Assembly: GCA_035285545.1 (NCBI GenBank)
Contig: JAYKGY010000098.1
Location: 1-14,538 of the forward strand
Reading direction: 5' to 3'
Length of the DNA stretch: 14,538 bases
Source: Snowella sp.
GTDB taxonomy: Bacteria > Cyanobacteriota > Cyanobacteriia > Cyanobacteriales > Microcystaceae
A program made the position numbers and the translations under genes. This document shows positions 1-9,427 of this stretch, one piece after another; position 1 is the first letter of the stretch, and each line of letters begins with the position of its first letter. Below the pieces are notes generated by a model. It did not search any database. It saw only the letters and a program-made list of their open reading frames with translations, and was not told where the DNA came from.

Positions 1-580
1 AAAAATCTCACCTCAAAGTTTTGTTTGGTGCATGTCAGGTTCCCTAGATCAAAACAAAAATCCCCTTAAATTTATAGAAATAGCTCATGAAATCCTAGAA
101 AAAGGATATGATTGTCATTTCCTATGGCTAGGTAATAACCCTAATTCTGCACTAGATAGCTTCTGTAAAAACTATTCCCAACAACTAGGCTTACAGAATA
201 AAATTACCTGGTTAGGATTACTAAAAAATGACGACTACTATCAACACCTTAATATTGCCAATGGTTTTGTGTTAACCTCATCAAGAGAATCATTTTCCAT
301 TGTTTCCTTAGAAGCCTTATATTTACAAAAACCTGTTGTCTCATTTGATTGTGGTGGCATCAATGAAATTTTGGCTGCTCCTCAAATCGGAAAAATCATC
401 AAATCTTGGAACACGGATCAAATAATTGAAACAATGCAAAAAATCATGGAGAATCAATTTGAATTTGATAAAAATTTAGCAAAGGAAACCGCCAGAAAAT
501 TTAGTATTGAAAATCAGATGAAGCACTGGCAAAAAATTATTGATAAACACTTGATAAAAAATAATAATAATGAACTTTAA
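1..580 (+). CDS. Glycosyltransferase family 4 (GT-B) protein, C-terminal part; 5' end outside the window
   Basis: Frame is open from position 2 (KISPQSFVWC) into the listed ORF. GT4 C-terminal motif FVLTSSRESFSIVSLEALYLQKPVVSFDCGGINEI (E-x7-E). Overlaps the next gene by 11 nt. Confidence 0.9.
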   Translation, partial: KISPQSFVWCMSGSLDQNKNPLKFIEIAHEILEKGYDCHFLWLGNNPNSALDSFCKNYSQQLGLQNKITWLGLLKNDDYYQHLNIANGFVLTSSRESFSIVSLEALYLQKPVVSFDCGGINEILAAPQIGKIIKSWNTDQIIETMQKIMENQFEFDKNLAKETARKFSIENQMKHWQKIIDKHLIKNNNNEL

Positions 581-1508
581 GATTGCTGCTTACATCACTG
601 CCTATCAAGACTTGCCTAGTGTTGAAACTTGTATACAATCACTAGAAGTTCAATCATGTACCCTTAAGCAATTATTGATCATTGATAACTCTCAGAAAGC
701 TTTAAATTTGCATATCCAGATTCCTCACATTCTTCAACATCATCCTGAAAATATCGGAGTAGCAGGTGGCTTAAAAATCGCGATTCAATGGGCAATAGAA
801 AATAATTATGATTTCCTCTGGACATTTGACCAAGATAGCCAACCCAATCCCGATAGCCTAGAAATCCTACTTTCAGAATACGAATACCTCAATCAACAAA
901 ACATTCCCGTCGGCATCATCTCTCCTACCATTATTGACTCCCAAACCCAAAAAATCCTACCCAACGACCTTAAACGAGCTTATCGGCTCCAATCCCTTGA
1001 CCCCAACAGCAATCCCTCAGCCTTTCAATATTACCGAGAACAACTCTATCAATGTGATGTCGTCATCACCTCTGGCTCCCTCATTAACCTCCAAGCCGCC
1101 AAACAAGCCCCCTTACCCAACCCAGACCTATTTATCGATGGCGTAGATTGGGACTACTGCTTAAAACTGCGACAACAGGGCTATCATATCTGCGTTACCC
1201 AAAAAACAACCATGCAACACAACTTTGGGACGTATCTAACCAACCTTAACCAACAAACTCCCATTTATATTTACTCTCCCCTTCGCTATTACTACATTAA
1301 TCGTAACCATACCTACCTAGAAACTCGCCTTTCTTCCAACCCCTTCTATATATTCCTTTCCCTACTCCATCGCCTTAAAACCCTACTCAAAAAAATCATC
1401 AAAATTCTTATTTTTGAACCCGATCACAAACGACTAAAAATTTGGGCATCCTGCTTAGGATTTACTCATGGTCTAATGGGAAAACTCGGTAAAATCTGGC
1501 TGCCTTAA
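570..1508 (+). CDS. Glycosyltransferase family 2 (rhamnosyltransferase-like)
   Basis: GT-A motifs IIDNS, NIGVAGGLK, WTFDQDS (DxD), VITSGSL, LFIDGVDWDYCLKL, RYYYINRN, as in RfbF/RhlC-type enzymes. Confidence 0.88.
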   Translation: MNFKIAAYITAYQDLPSVETCIQSLEVQSCTLKQLLIIDNSQKALNLHIQIPHILQHHPENIGVAGGLKIAIQWAIENNYDFLWTFDQDSQPNPDSLEILLSEYEYLNQQNIPVGIISPTIIDSQTQKILPNDLKRAYRLQSLDPNSNPSAFQYYREQLYQCDVVITSGSLINLQAAKQAPLPNPDLFIDGVDWDYCLKLRQQGYHICVTQKTTMQHNFGTYLTNLNQQTPIYIYSPLRYYYINRNHTYLETRLSSNPFYIFLSLLHRLKTLLKKIIKILIFEPDHKRLKIWASCLGFTHGLMGKLGKIWLP

Positions 1509-1579
1509 ACAGAAAAACGCGATCGCCTTTAACCCAATCTGTATCAAAAATGTAAATTCCCGACCAACAAGAAAAAACA

Positions 1580-2392
1580 CTACTTCAGCAAATTCTGAAC
1601 TTGTTCCACAGTTAATCCAGTAGCAGCAGCCACTTGTTCAGACGCTATCCCCATTTTAAGCAGATTAACCGCCACCCGACACACCGTTTCCTGCACTCCC
1701 TCAGCCTTACCCTCAGCCTTACCCTCAGCCTTACCTTCAAGCTTAGCCTCTTCCATAAACTCTTGAACCAGCCAAGCCTTTTTCATGTCTTCTTTAGTAA
1801 ACATAATTTTCAACTCCTGCTCTTTGTCCTTACCGAGTTTATAAACTAAAACCGCTTTCACCAAGTCTAACACTATTTGCTGGAAGCCAGAATCATCAAT
1901 CTGCTGACGGGTTTGAGCGATCAAAGATTTGGCAGCCTCTATCGCCACATCCTCATTAGCAATCACCAACTCCGCAATATTTACCCCGATCGCTTGATTA
2001 GGATTAATAGTTAACTCATCGAGATAAACACGATGAAGCTGAGGCAGTAAACCTCGATATTGATGCGGGAAATCTGGCTCAATAATCCGTTTTGCAAAAA
2101 CAATCACAGCTTGCCAATCTTGGATTGGCTGATATTGCCTCAAATAGATGAATATTTCACAAAAGAAACGCCAATAGAAACTAGCATCTTTTTGAAACTG
2201 CACTTCCACAAAATAAATAGGATGGTTAGATTGCGCTGATATAAACACACCATCAATCCGAAAAGCAAGCTCTTTTACTTCGATAGACTTGAACTCATAA
2301 TCTTTAGCCAGTTCTGACGGTTCCCCAATCAACGCGAATAACGTATCTGGAAGAGTCTCAAAAATTTTGTAAAAGATACTGTCGGTTCGCAT
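1580..2392 (-). CDS. Rpn-family / DUF2887-type PD-(D/E)XK nuclease-like protein
   Basis: N-terminus MRTDSIFYKIF, motifs FRIDGVF and YFVEVQFQKD, EGKA repeats, C-terminal helical tail LLKMGIASEQVAAATGLTVEQV. Confidence 0.85.
   Translation of the reverse strand: MRTDSIFYKIFETLPDTLFALIGEPSELAKDYEFKSIEVKELAFRIDGVFISAQSNHPIYFVEVQFQKDASFYWRFFCEIFIYLRQYQPIQDWQAVIVFAKRIIEPDFPHQYRGLLPQLHRVYLDELTINPNQAIGVNIAELVIANEDVAIEAAKSLIAQTRQQIDDSGFQQIVLDLVKAVLVYKLGKDKEQELKIMFTKEDMKKAWLVQEFMEEAKLEGKAEGKAEGKAEGVQETVCRVAVNLLKMGIASEQVAAATGLTVEQVQNLLK
1698..1733 (+). repeat. Three perfect copies of 12-bp CCCTCAGCCTTA (encodes the KAEG repeats)
   Basis: Read directly: 1698-1709, 1710-1721, 1722-1733. Confidence 0.95.
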
Positions 2393-2511
2393 GGTGTGAA
2401 TTGTTGCTCAGTCATTTTCGTTAATGATACAGGACTGCGTTAGCTCAGAATGGGTAAAGAAAATTTAGCGATCGCCTACAATAAAACCAATCAGAGTAAA
2501 GGAAGTAAGTA

Positions 2512-3129
2512 ATGGCAACAACCGCAGATGAAGTCTGGCAACTACTAGGGGAACTCATCCAATCCCAAAAAGAAACAGAACGCCGATTTCGGGAGACAGA
2601 AAACCTCCTACAAGAACAATCTCAGGAAACAGAACGGCTACTCAAAGAACAAAGCCAAAAAACCGATGAACAAATACGTACAATTAACCAACAACTTAAC
2701 GAACAACTAGGGAAACTGGGAAATAGGCTGGGGGAATTTGTGGAATGGCAAATCAGACCTGCGGCAGTTCGTCTATTCCGAGAACGGGGCATTGATGTGA
2801 GCGAATTATCCTCAGACCTTTCCGTACAAAAAGGAGATGATGGACTCGAAATTGACCTTTTAGTCGTCAATGGGTCAGAAGCAATCGCGATCGAAGTTAA
2901 AAGTAAACTAACGAAACAGGATGTAGATGAACATTTAGAAAGACTCGATAAATTCAAAAAACTACTACCCCGTTATCAGAATTTAAAGATTTTAGGCGCA
3001 GTAGCCGCAATGGTAGCCCCATCAGAAGTAGCCCGTTATGCCTACCGCCAAGGACTATTCGTCATCGCTCAATCGGGAGATAACTTAGCGATTCTGAATG
3101 ACCCGAAATTTAAACCCAAAGCTTGGTAG
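2512..3129 (+). CDS. DUF3782-like coiled-coil + PD-(D/E)XK nuclease-fold protein
   Basis: N-terminal ETER-rich coiled coil with an 11-aa imperfect repeat (RETENLLQEQS/QETERLLKEQS), then LGNRLGEFVE, EIDLLVVN and AIEVKSKL. Purine-rich AAGGAAG upstream of ATG. Confidence 0.8.
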   Translation: MATTADEVWQLLGELIQSQKETERRFRETENLLQEQSQETERLLKEQSQKTDEQIRTINQQLNEQLGKLGNRLGEFVEWQIRPAAVRLFRERGIDVSELSSDLSVQKGDDGLEIDLLVVNGSEAIAIEVKSKLTKQDVDEHLERLDKFKKLLPRYQNLKILGAVAAMVAPSEVARYAYRQGLFVIAQSGDNLAILNDPKFKPKAW

Positions 3130-3147
3130 GGATAAATTCGCGATCGC

Positions 3148-4104
3148 CTACCCCAAAAAAGCCCCAATAGCGTCAATCATCCCAAAAACTAAACGAAACA
3201 TTAACCACCTGCTGGGGACTGACAAATCCCGAAGACTCGGTAATCGCAACAAAGCCATCACCTGATGAAAATACTGGAAATTTCCCCGCCGCAACTGCCG
3301 CCACGCCCCCGCCAAAATATATTGATGAAAAAATAATTGTTTACACGTCTCCAACTCTGACACTGCCAAAATATTCAATTGATCGAGTTCCCGAAACAAT
3401 CCCAACAAAATCCCCACCGTTTGCTCATTAAAAGACCCCATCGTTAACGCCTGATTATGCACCCGATAGGCAACCGTCACCTCAGTACAACAATAAACCC
3501 CATAATTGGCAAACAACCGCATCCACATCTCCACATCACAGGGTTCCTTCCACCCAGGGTTAAAGAAACCAACCCTTTCAAAAACAGACCGTTGAATCGC
3601 GATCGCCGGAAACCGTACAAACGAAGAATCCGAAAATAAACAAATTAAAGCCTCTTTCGGTGATAAAAATTGAGCTTGCTTAAAAAATTGCCGCTTCATC
3701 ACCCGTTCTTTTTCGTCAACCACTTGCACCCCAAACAACACCACAGAATATTGATTTTCTAATCTTTCTAAAGCATCCACTAAACGCCCCACTCCTCCCG
3801 ATGTAAAAAAATCATCATCGTGAAGAATGACAACATAACGCCCCTGAGCTAACGCGATCGCCCGATTCCAATTTTCCGCCATCCCCAACGCTACCCCATG
3901 ATGTTCGTAACGCCAATTCCCCCCCCCCAACTCCTCTTCCGCAATCGCTTGACAAGCCTGATCATCCGAATCATCCGTAATCACCACCTCTACCTTTGAC
4001 CGATAACCCTTCCCCAATTCGGCGATCGACTGCAAACCCCGCCGAAACCAGAGTGGACGATTATAGGCAGGAATACAAATACTTAAAATCGGAATTTCTG
4101 TCAT
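3148..4104 (-). CDS. Glycosyltransferase family 2
   Basis: LSICIPAYNR, VVITDDSD, GMAENWNRAI, ILHDDD, DVEMWMRL, YRVH: canonical GT-A motifs. Confidence 0.9.
   Translation of the reverse strand: MTEIPILSICIPAYNRPLWFRRGLQSIAELGKGYRSKVEVVITDDSDDQACQAIAEEELGGGNWRYEHHGVALGMAENWNRAIALAQGRYVVILHDDDFFTSGGVGRLVDALERLENQYSVVLFGVQVVDEKERVMKRQFFKQAQFLSPKEALICLFSDSSFVRFPAIAIQRSVFERVGFFNPGWKEPCDVEMWMRLFANYGVYCCTEVTVAYRVHNQALTMGSFNEQTVGILLGLFRELDQLNILAVSELETCKQLFFHQYILAGAWRQLRRGNFQYFHQVMALLRLPSLRDLSVPSRWLMFRLVFGMIDAIGAFLG
3919..3928 (-). repeat. G10 homopolymer in the coding strand of the GT2 gene
   Basis: Ten consecutive C on the + strand; reads TTG GGG GGG GGG AAT (LGGGN) in frame. Confidence 0.9.
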
Positions 4105-4257
4105 ATCTCAAACAATTTATTAATAATAAAACCCAAATCTCGATTAACTACCTAAATCCTTAGTTTAACAATCCAATAGCAATGATTTTCCTTAATAACC
4201 CCATCAGCGATCGCCCTAAACTAAAATTAAACCAGCAAACAAAAACACCAGACAACC

Positions 4258-5169
4258 GTGACTCAAAAAGCTGACATTGGCAGCAAACGATTAATTAGCT
4301 TGGCTCCTAACACTTGGGTACGCTGGATCACCCAACGCCCAGAACTTCGTGTCGAAGAAATATTAAACACAGAATTTCAGTGGATAGATCGAGAAAGCGA
4401 CGTTTTACTCAAAGTCCATAGCCCCGAAATTGGAGAATTTTTATTACTCAACGAACTCCAAATTCGCTATAACTCCAAAATGCCTAGACGATTGCGAGCC
4501 TATACCGCCCTAGCCGAAGAACGCTATAATTTACCCGTATATCCCGTTCTAATCAACATCTTACCCAAATCGACTAACTCCATTATTCCCACTCGCTATG
4601 AATCCGAAATCTTAGGACTAATCGCCCGTCAAGATTATCAGGTCATTAATCTGTGGGAAATTGATGTTAATCTCGTCTTTCAACAGAAAATAACAACCCT
4701 TTTGCCCTTTGTCCCTATCCTAAAAGGAGGAAATACAGAAAATAACCTACGTCAAGCAGCGATTGAACTACGGAAAGACGAAAAATTAAATGAATTAGAA
4801 CCTCTACTATCTTTTTTCGCTAGCTTTGTATTAGATATACCCTTAATTCAACAAATAATGAGGTGGGACATGACCGTATTACGAGAATCACCCTGGTATG
4901 AAGAAATTCTCAAAGAAGGTTTAGAAAAAGGAGAACAACAGGGTTTACAACAGGGTTTACAACAGGGACTTCAACAGGGACTTCAACAGGGACTTCAACA
5001 GGGAGAATCCACTATCATCCTAAAACTTCTTCAGAAACGTTTTGGCACACTTCCCTTTGACCTACAGCAACAAATTAAGAACTTACCCCCCTTCAAATTA
5101 GAACACCTCAGCGATTCTCTGTTAGATTTCCATAACTTAGGGGAACTCCAAACCTGGTTGAGTGATTAA
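4258..5169 (+). CDS. Rpn-family nuclease-like protein with C-terminal DUF4351-type domain
   Basis: GTG start; KADIGSKRLISLAP, RESDVLLKV, LLNELQ, MRWDMTVLRESPWY, QQGL repeats, tail LLQKRFG...LEHLSDSLLDF...LQTWL. Confidence 0.85.
   Translation: MTQKADIGSKRLISLAPNTWVRWITQRPELRVEEILNTEFQWIDRESDVLLKVHSPEIGEFLLLNELQIRYNSKMPRRLRAYTALAEERYNLPVYPVLINILPKSTNSIIPTRYESEILGLIARQDYQVINLWEIDVNLVFQQKITTLLPFVPILKGGNTENNLRQAAIELRKDEKLNELEPLLSFFASFVLDIPLIQQIMRWDMTVLRESPWYEEILKEGLEKGEQQGLQQGLQQGLQQGLQQGLQQGESTIILKLLQKRFGTLPFDLQQQIKNLPPFKLEHLSDSLLDFHNLGELQTWLSD
4936..5004 (+). repeat. 12-bp tandem repeat, about 5.75 units (encodes QQGL repeats)
   Basis: CAACAGGGTTTA x2 (4936-4959), CAACAGGGACTT x3 (4960-4995), partial CAACAGGGA. 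Confidence 0.95.
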
Positions 5170-5282
5170 CCTGGATTCTATGCAACTTCTTTACACTCTC
5201 ACTGCCTATTCTCCTGCGATTGGAGGCGCACAGCTTCATCAACACCTTATCGCCCAACAACTGATGAAATTGGTAAAATGCT

Positions 5283-5675
5283 ATGTCAATAGAAACCGAC
5301 AGTAATGATGGAGTAACTCCCCAACAAGTAAGAGCCTATCTCAAACGAAAACATGAATCCCTGACTACTAAAAGATTAGAACTATGGGCGATCGCGCAAC
5401 AAGACAGCCAAAATATTATCGCCATGATTATCGATAAATATCAGCCCCAGCAAATCATCCAATGGGGATCAGTCCTCAATGCCAAACATTTCTCTGAAGC
5501 CTCAGATATTGACCTAGCAGTAAAAGGACTAGATTCCCTTCCCTTTATGCAGTTACTAGCAGATGCCGAAGACATGACCCAATTTCCCTTAGACTTAATA
5601 CAATGGGAAAATATTCATCCTTCTTTTCAGAAAATAATTTTAATGAAAGGCAAAATCGTTTATGAACAACGATGA
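5283..5675 (+). CDS. Minimal nucleotidyltransferase (MNT, MntA-like antitoxin)
   Basis: GS-x11-DID motif (WGSVLNAKHFSEASDIDLAV), third Asp in FPLDLI, 130 aa; overlaps the downstream HEPN gene by 14 nt. Confidence 0.88.
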   Translation: MSIETDSNDGVTPQQVRAYLKRKHESLTTKRLELWAIAQQDSQNIIAMIIDKYQPQQIIQWGSVLNAKHFSEASDIDLAVKGLDSLPFMQLLADAEDMTQFPLDLIQWENIHPSFQKIILMKGKIVYEQR

Positions 5676-6156
5676 ATTAATGCTATTAATTGGCGAAATT
5701 AAAGAAAGTTTAGTTGTCCTGAATCATATTGAGCATCTATATAATTCCTATGGGAAAACATTTAGCGATACAGATAAACGTGATCTGAGAGATGCAGTAT
5801 TATTAGCAGATATTCTTTGTAATACCTATACCTGTATTGAAACCATCCTATTCCGAATTGCAAGAGCCTTTGAAAATCATCTGGATCCCAATCAATGGCA
5901 TAAAGAACTCCTACGAAAAATGCGTATTGATGTCCCTAATATTCGTAAAGCAGTTTTATCAAGAGATTCCTATCAATTATTAGATGAACTGAGACGCTTT
6001 AGACATTTCAAAAGATACTATTACGACTTTGATTATGACTGGAATCGCCTAGACTATCTTCGTGTTATTTATCAAAAGCTCTGTCCCCTCATTAAAGATG
6101 AACTTGAAAATTACACTGGTTTTTTGATGGAATGCGCGAACCTAGAAGATACTTAA
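5662..6156 (+). CDS. HEPN-domain (HepT-like) RNase toxin partner
   Basis: Helical protein with YTCIETILFRIA, WHKELLRKM and LDELRRFRHFKRYYY, coupled to the MNT gene. Confidence 0.82.
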   Translation: MNNDELMLLIGEIKESLVVLNHIEHLYNSYGKTFSDTDKRDLRDAVLLADILCNTYTCIETILFRIARAFENHLDPNQWHKELLRKMRIDVPNIRKAVLSRDSYQLLDELRRFRHFKRYYYDFDYDWNRLDYLRVIYQKLCPLIKDELENYTGFLMECANLEDT

Positions 6157-6387
6157 TTGGCTCACTTCTCTAAAATTTTTTATTATATTTAAAATAGATA
6201 ATATAACACTCCAGTTCGTTTTATTTAAGCAATCATTAACATTAAATATACACTAAAAACTTTTTATATTTTTAGAAAATGCTCGCAGTTTTAAAGTTCA
6301 ATTAACAAGATAACAGCGATCGCACTTTATCTATGATTGAAATAATTAAATCTCTGAATTTATCGCTGCTACACCAAGAATGACTCA

Positions 6388-6921
6388 TTAAGATAACGCT
6401 TCCTGAACACTCATAAAGGTTGAGTATCCAGACTGTTCCAACACATTCATAAGTCTCTTCAAATAACCTGCCTGCATATCGTTAGGAAGACTTCTAACAA
6501 AGCGGATGATGTAATTATTAATATCTTCTGATTCAAAAAACTCATCTTCCTTATCGTAATTTTCGATATATAAATAACCTTCTTCAAATGCCTCTTCAAT
6601 ATCTTCGATTGTTGTTAGGATTAAGTCACCAATTTCCAATGGCAACCTAGCCCACAAACCACTGAGCTTATTGAATTGTCCAAATAATTGGTCTTCAAAT
6701 GCTTTGGGGCTATACAGCAAAGTATCATCAGAAAATATGGCCCCAATGGCTTCTTGTACTCGATTAAAGATTTCTATAGCTTCGCTCTGGTTAGCAAGTT
6801 GACTTTCAATAGCATCGAAGAAACTCTGAGGAGCAAACTTCAAAATTAAGTTGATCAGTTCTTCCTTGGTCAAACTAGATAAGTAATTTGTTATTTTCTT
6901 CGTCAAACCGGATTTACTCAT
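6388..6921 (-). CDS. Hypothetical acidic helical protein
   Basis: 177-aa ORF with ATG start. N-terminal YLSSLTKEELINLIL resembles helical segments seen in SWIM-associated/DUF6155-like proteins (weak). Confidence 0.65.
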   Translation of the reverse strand: MSKSGLTKKITNYLSSLTKEELINLILKFAPQSFFDAIESQLANQSEAIEIFNRVQEAIGAIFSDDTLLYSPKAFEDQLFGQFNKLSGLWARLPLEIGDLILTTIEDIEEAFEEGYLYIENYDKEDEFFESEDINNYIIRFVRSLPNDMQAGYLKRLMNVLEQSGYSTFMSVQEALS

Positions 6922-7099
6922 ACTGACTCTTCCAACTCATGTAAGTGTTGCTCCTCTTATCCAAGTATGACAGAAACTCCCTACTTTAGGATGGGTTAGC
7001 GTAGCGCATAATAATACAAATTTATTATGATTAAAAGCAAAGAAGATTCATCAAGCTGTAGCTGTTCCGTATCTACTAACAAACAACCTTCAACTACTT

Positions 7100-8479
7100 A
7101 TGGTTAATTTCATCTCCCATTTAAAAACCTGGACGTATCAAAATCAATTCATCGGTTATGATAATGATGATTTTTATCAGTTAGTAGAAATTTATTGTCA
7201 GAAATTACAGAAAACTAATGCTACTTATCAAAAAATTATTTTAGCAGAAAGAGATCGCTATCAATTTTTAGCAGCCTTCCTTGCTTGCTTAATGACCCAA
7301 AAAACAATCTTTTTAGCTAATCCTGATTGGCAGGAATGGGAATGGAAACACGTTATTGATGGGGTTAAGCCCGACTTGATTTTAGGATCAGCGCAAAATT
7401 ATGCAAATATTGATAGCTCAAAAAGTGAAGAGCCGTTAAGTCAGCTTTCAGATAATACAAACACAAGTTTTATTATGATTCCTACAGGTGGATCATCAGG
7501 AAAAATTAAATTTACGATTCATACTTGGGAAACTTTAACCGCTTCAGTCAACGGTTTTAAACACTATTTTGAGGTTCAAGAAATTAATTCGTTTTGCCTA
7601 TTGCCTTTATATCATGTAAGTGGATTAATGCAATTTATTCGTTCTTTTGTGAGTCTGGGAAAATTTGTAATTTTACCCTATACTTCGTTTAAAGAGAACC
7701 CAAATTTACCGTTTGAATATCAAGATTTTTTTATCTCGTTAGTTCCTAAACAACTCCAGTTTTTTCTCAAAAAAAATCCGGAAGGATTAGCCCAATTTAA
7801 AACCGTTTTATTAGGGGGCGCACCGGCTTGGCCAGAATTGCTACAACAAGCGAGAGCGTCAAAAATTAAATTAGCTCCTACCTATGGTATGACAGAAACG
7901 GCTTCTCAAATTGTGACGTTAAAATCGGATGATTTTTTAGCAGGAAATAATAGTGTTGGTCGAGTTTTACCCCATGCTCAGGTGATGATTTGTAATGCTC
8001 AAGGCCAAGAATTAGGAATTCATCAAACGGGAATTATCACCATACAATCTCAATCCTTATTTTTAGGATACTATCCCAATTTCCAACAAGCAGAAGTTTT
8101 TGAAACGGATGATCTTGGTTATTTTGATTCAGCCGGATTTTTACACCTTGTTGGTCGTAATAGCCAAAAAATTATTACCGGCGGTGAAAATGTTTTTCCC
8201 AGTGAAGTTGAAGCCGTAATTTTAGCTAGTAATTTGATTACAGATGTGGTTGTTATCGGATTACCCGATCCAGACTGGGGAGAAATCGTGACAGCCATTT
8301 ATGTGTCTAAAAACGATAATTTTAACCTGAGTTCCTTACAAATGATCTTGCGATCGCAACTGAGTGCTTACAAATGTCCGAAACGCTGGATCAAGGTGCA
8401 AGAAATTCCGCGATCGCCGTCAGGAAAAATCAACTATCAATGGTTAAAAACCTATGCCCAATCCCCATTCAAAAACTAA
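7100..8479 (+). CDS. menE: 2-succinylbenzoate-CoA ligase (phylloquinone/menaquinone pathway)
   Basis: ANL adenylation motifs [56 protein letters not shown]; size and motifs fit cyanobacterial MenE. Confidence 0.85.
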   Translation: MVNFISHLKTWTYQNQFIGYDNDDFYQLVEIYCQKLQKTNATYQKIILAERDRYQFLAAFLACLMTQKTIFLANPDWQEWEWKHVIDGVKPDLILGSAQNYANIDSSKSEEPLSQLSDNTNTSFIMIPTGGSSGKIKFTIHTWETLTASVNGFKHYFEVQEINSFCLLPLYHVSGLMQFIRSFVSLGKFVILPYTSFKENPNLPFEYQDFFISLVPKQLQFFLKKNPEGLAQFKTVLLGGAPAWPELLQQARASKIKLAPTYGMTETASQIVTLKSDDFLAGNNSVGRVLPHAQVMICNAQGQELGIHQTGIITIQSQSLFLGYYPNFQQAEVFETDDLGYFDSAGFLHLVGRNSQKIITGGENVFPSEVEAVILASNLITDVVVIGLPDPDWGEIVTAIYVSKNDNFNLSSLQMILRSQLSAYKCPKRWIKVQEIPRSPSGKINYQWLKTYAQSPFKN

Positions 8480-9405
8480 GCAACTGCTTTTTTGGCCGTC
8501 GAGCGATTTCGCCACCAAGCTAACAAGGTACTTGCAATAAAAATACTGGAATAAGCCCCTGTAGTAAAGCCAATAATTAAGGCTAAAGCAAAATATTTTA
8601 AGGTTTCGCCTCCAAAAAAGAAGATCGCAATCAGGGGTAAAACCGTCGTTAAACTCGTATTAATAGAACGGGTGAGGGTTTGATTAACTGAATCATCGAC
8701 AATTTGATTAATTGGCTCATCGGGGTATTTGACTAAATTTTCCCGAATACGGTCATAAATCACCACCGTATCATTCACCGAAAAACCAATAATGGTCAAT
8801 AAAGCCACTAAAAATAAACTATCCACCTCAATTCCCGCGACTAATCCCAAGATGGAGAAGACCCCAACTGTGAGCAAAACATCGTGCAAGAGGGCAACGA
8901 TCGCAAAGAAAGCATAATCGGGTTGAAACCGAAAACCGAGATAAACCGCAATGCCAATAAAAGACAGAATTAATGCCAACGTGCCAGAGGTAAACAATTC
9001 TTTCCCAATCGTCGGGCCCACCGTATCAATTTGAATCGTTTCGGGATCAAACTTCCCAATTTTATCTGTTAAAACCTGTTGGAGTTTTGTTCTTTCTCCT
9101 ACCTCTAAAGTCTTAGCTCGAATCGATAGGGTGTAATCATCAATAATTTGAATGCTACTTCCCCCCAAGGCTTCTTCTTCTAAAACGGCTCGAACTTTGG
9201 CCACATCAATCGGCTCTGGACAACTTTTACTCGCCGCACATTCCAGTTGCAACTGTAAACGAGTTCCGCCGATAAAATCTAAGCCAGGCTTTAACGGTGT
9301 ACCAATGATGGACCAGGAAACCGCCATGGAAACCAGCCCAAAGGCAATAATTAACACGGAGGTTGCCCACCAGAACTTTTCCCATTTAATAATATTCAAT
9401 CTCAT
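8476..9405 (-). CDS. secF: Protein translocase subunit SecF
   Basis: [44 protein letters not shown]; directly downstream of secD. Confidence 0.97.
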   Translation of the reverse strand: MRLNIIKWEKFWWATSVLIIAFGLVSMAVSWSIIGTPLKPGLDFIGGTRLQLQLECAASKSCPEPIDVAKVRAVLEEEALGGSSIQIIDDYTLSIRAKTLEVGERTKLQQVLTDKIGKFDPETIQIDTVGPTIGKELFTSGTLALILSFIGIAVYLGFRFQPDYAFFAIVALLHDVLLTVGVFSILGLVAGIEVDSLFLVALLTIIGFSVNDTVVIYDRIRENLVKYPDEPINQIVDDSVNQTLTRSINTSLTTVLPLIAIFFFGGETLKYFALALIIGFTTGAYSSIFIASTLLAWWRNRSTAKKAVA

Positions 9406-9427
9406 AAATTTCTCCTCTTCTCCGCTT

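Larger units (their letters stand above)
1519..8417. repeat. HIP1 octamer GCGATCGC, 10 perfect copies
   Basis: Starts at 1519, 2468, 3140, 3599, 3854, 4207, 5388, 6316, 8350 and 8410; none seen after 8417. Confidence 0.9.

Noticed and set aside
4936..5004. 12-bp tandem repeats (also 1698-1733) as a CRISPR-like array
   Set aside because: No spacers; they are in-frame coding repeats typical of Rpn-family linkers.
8476..8479. 4-nt convergent overlap of menE and secF stop codons
   Set aside because: Common arrangement with no further signal.
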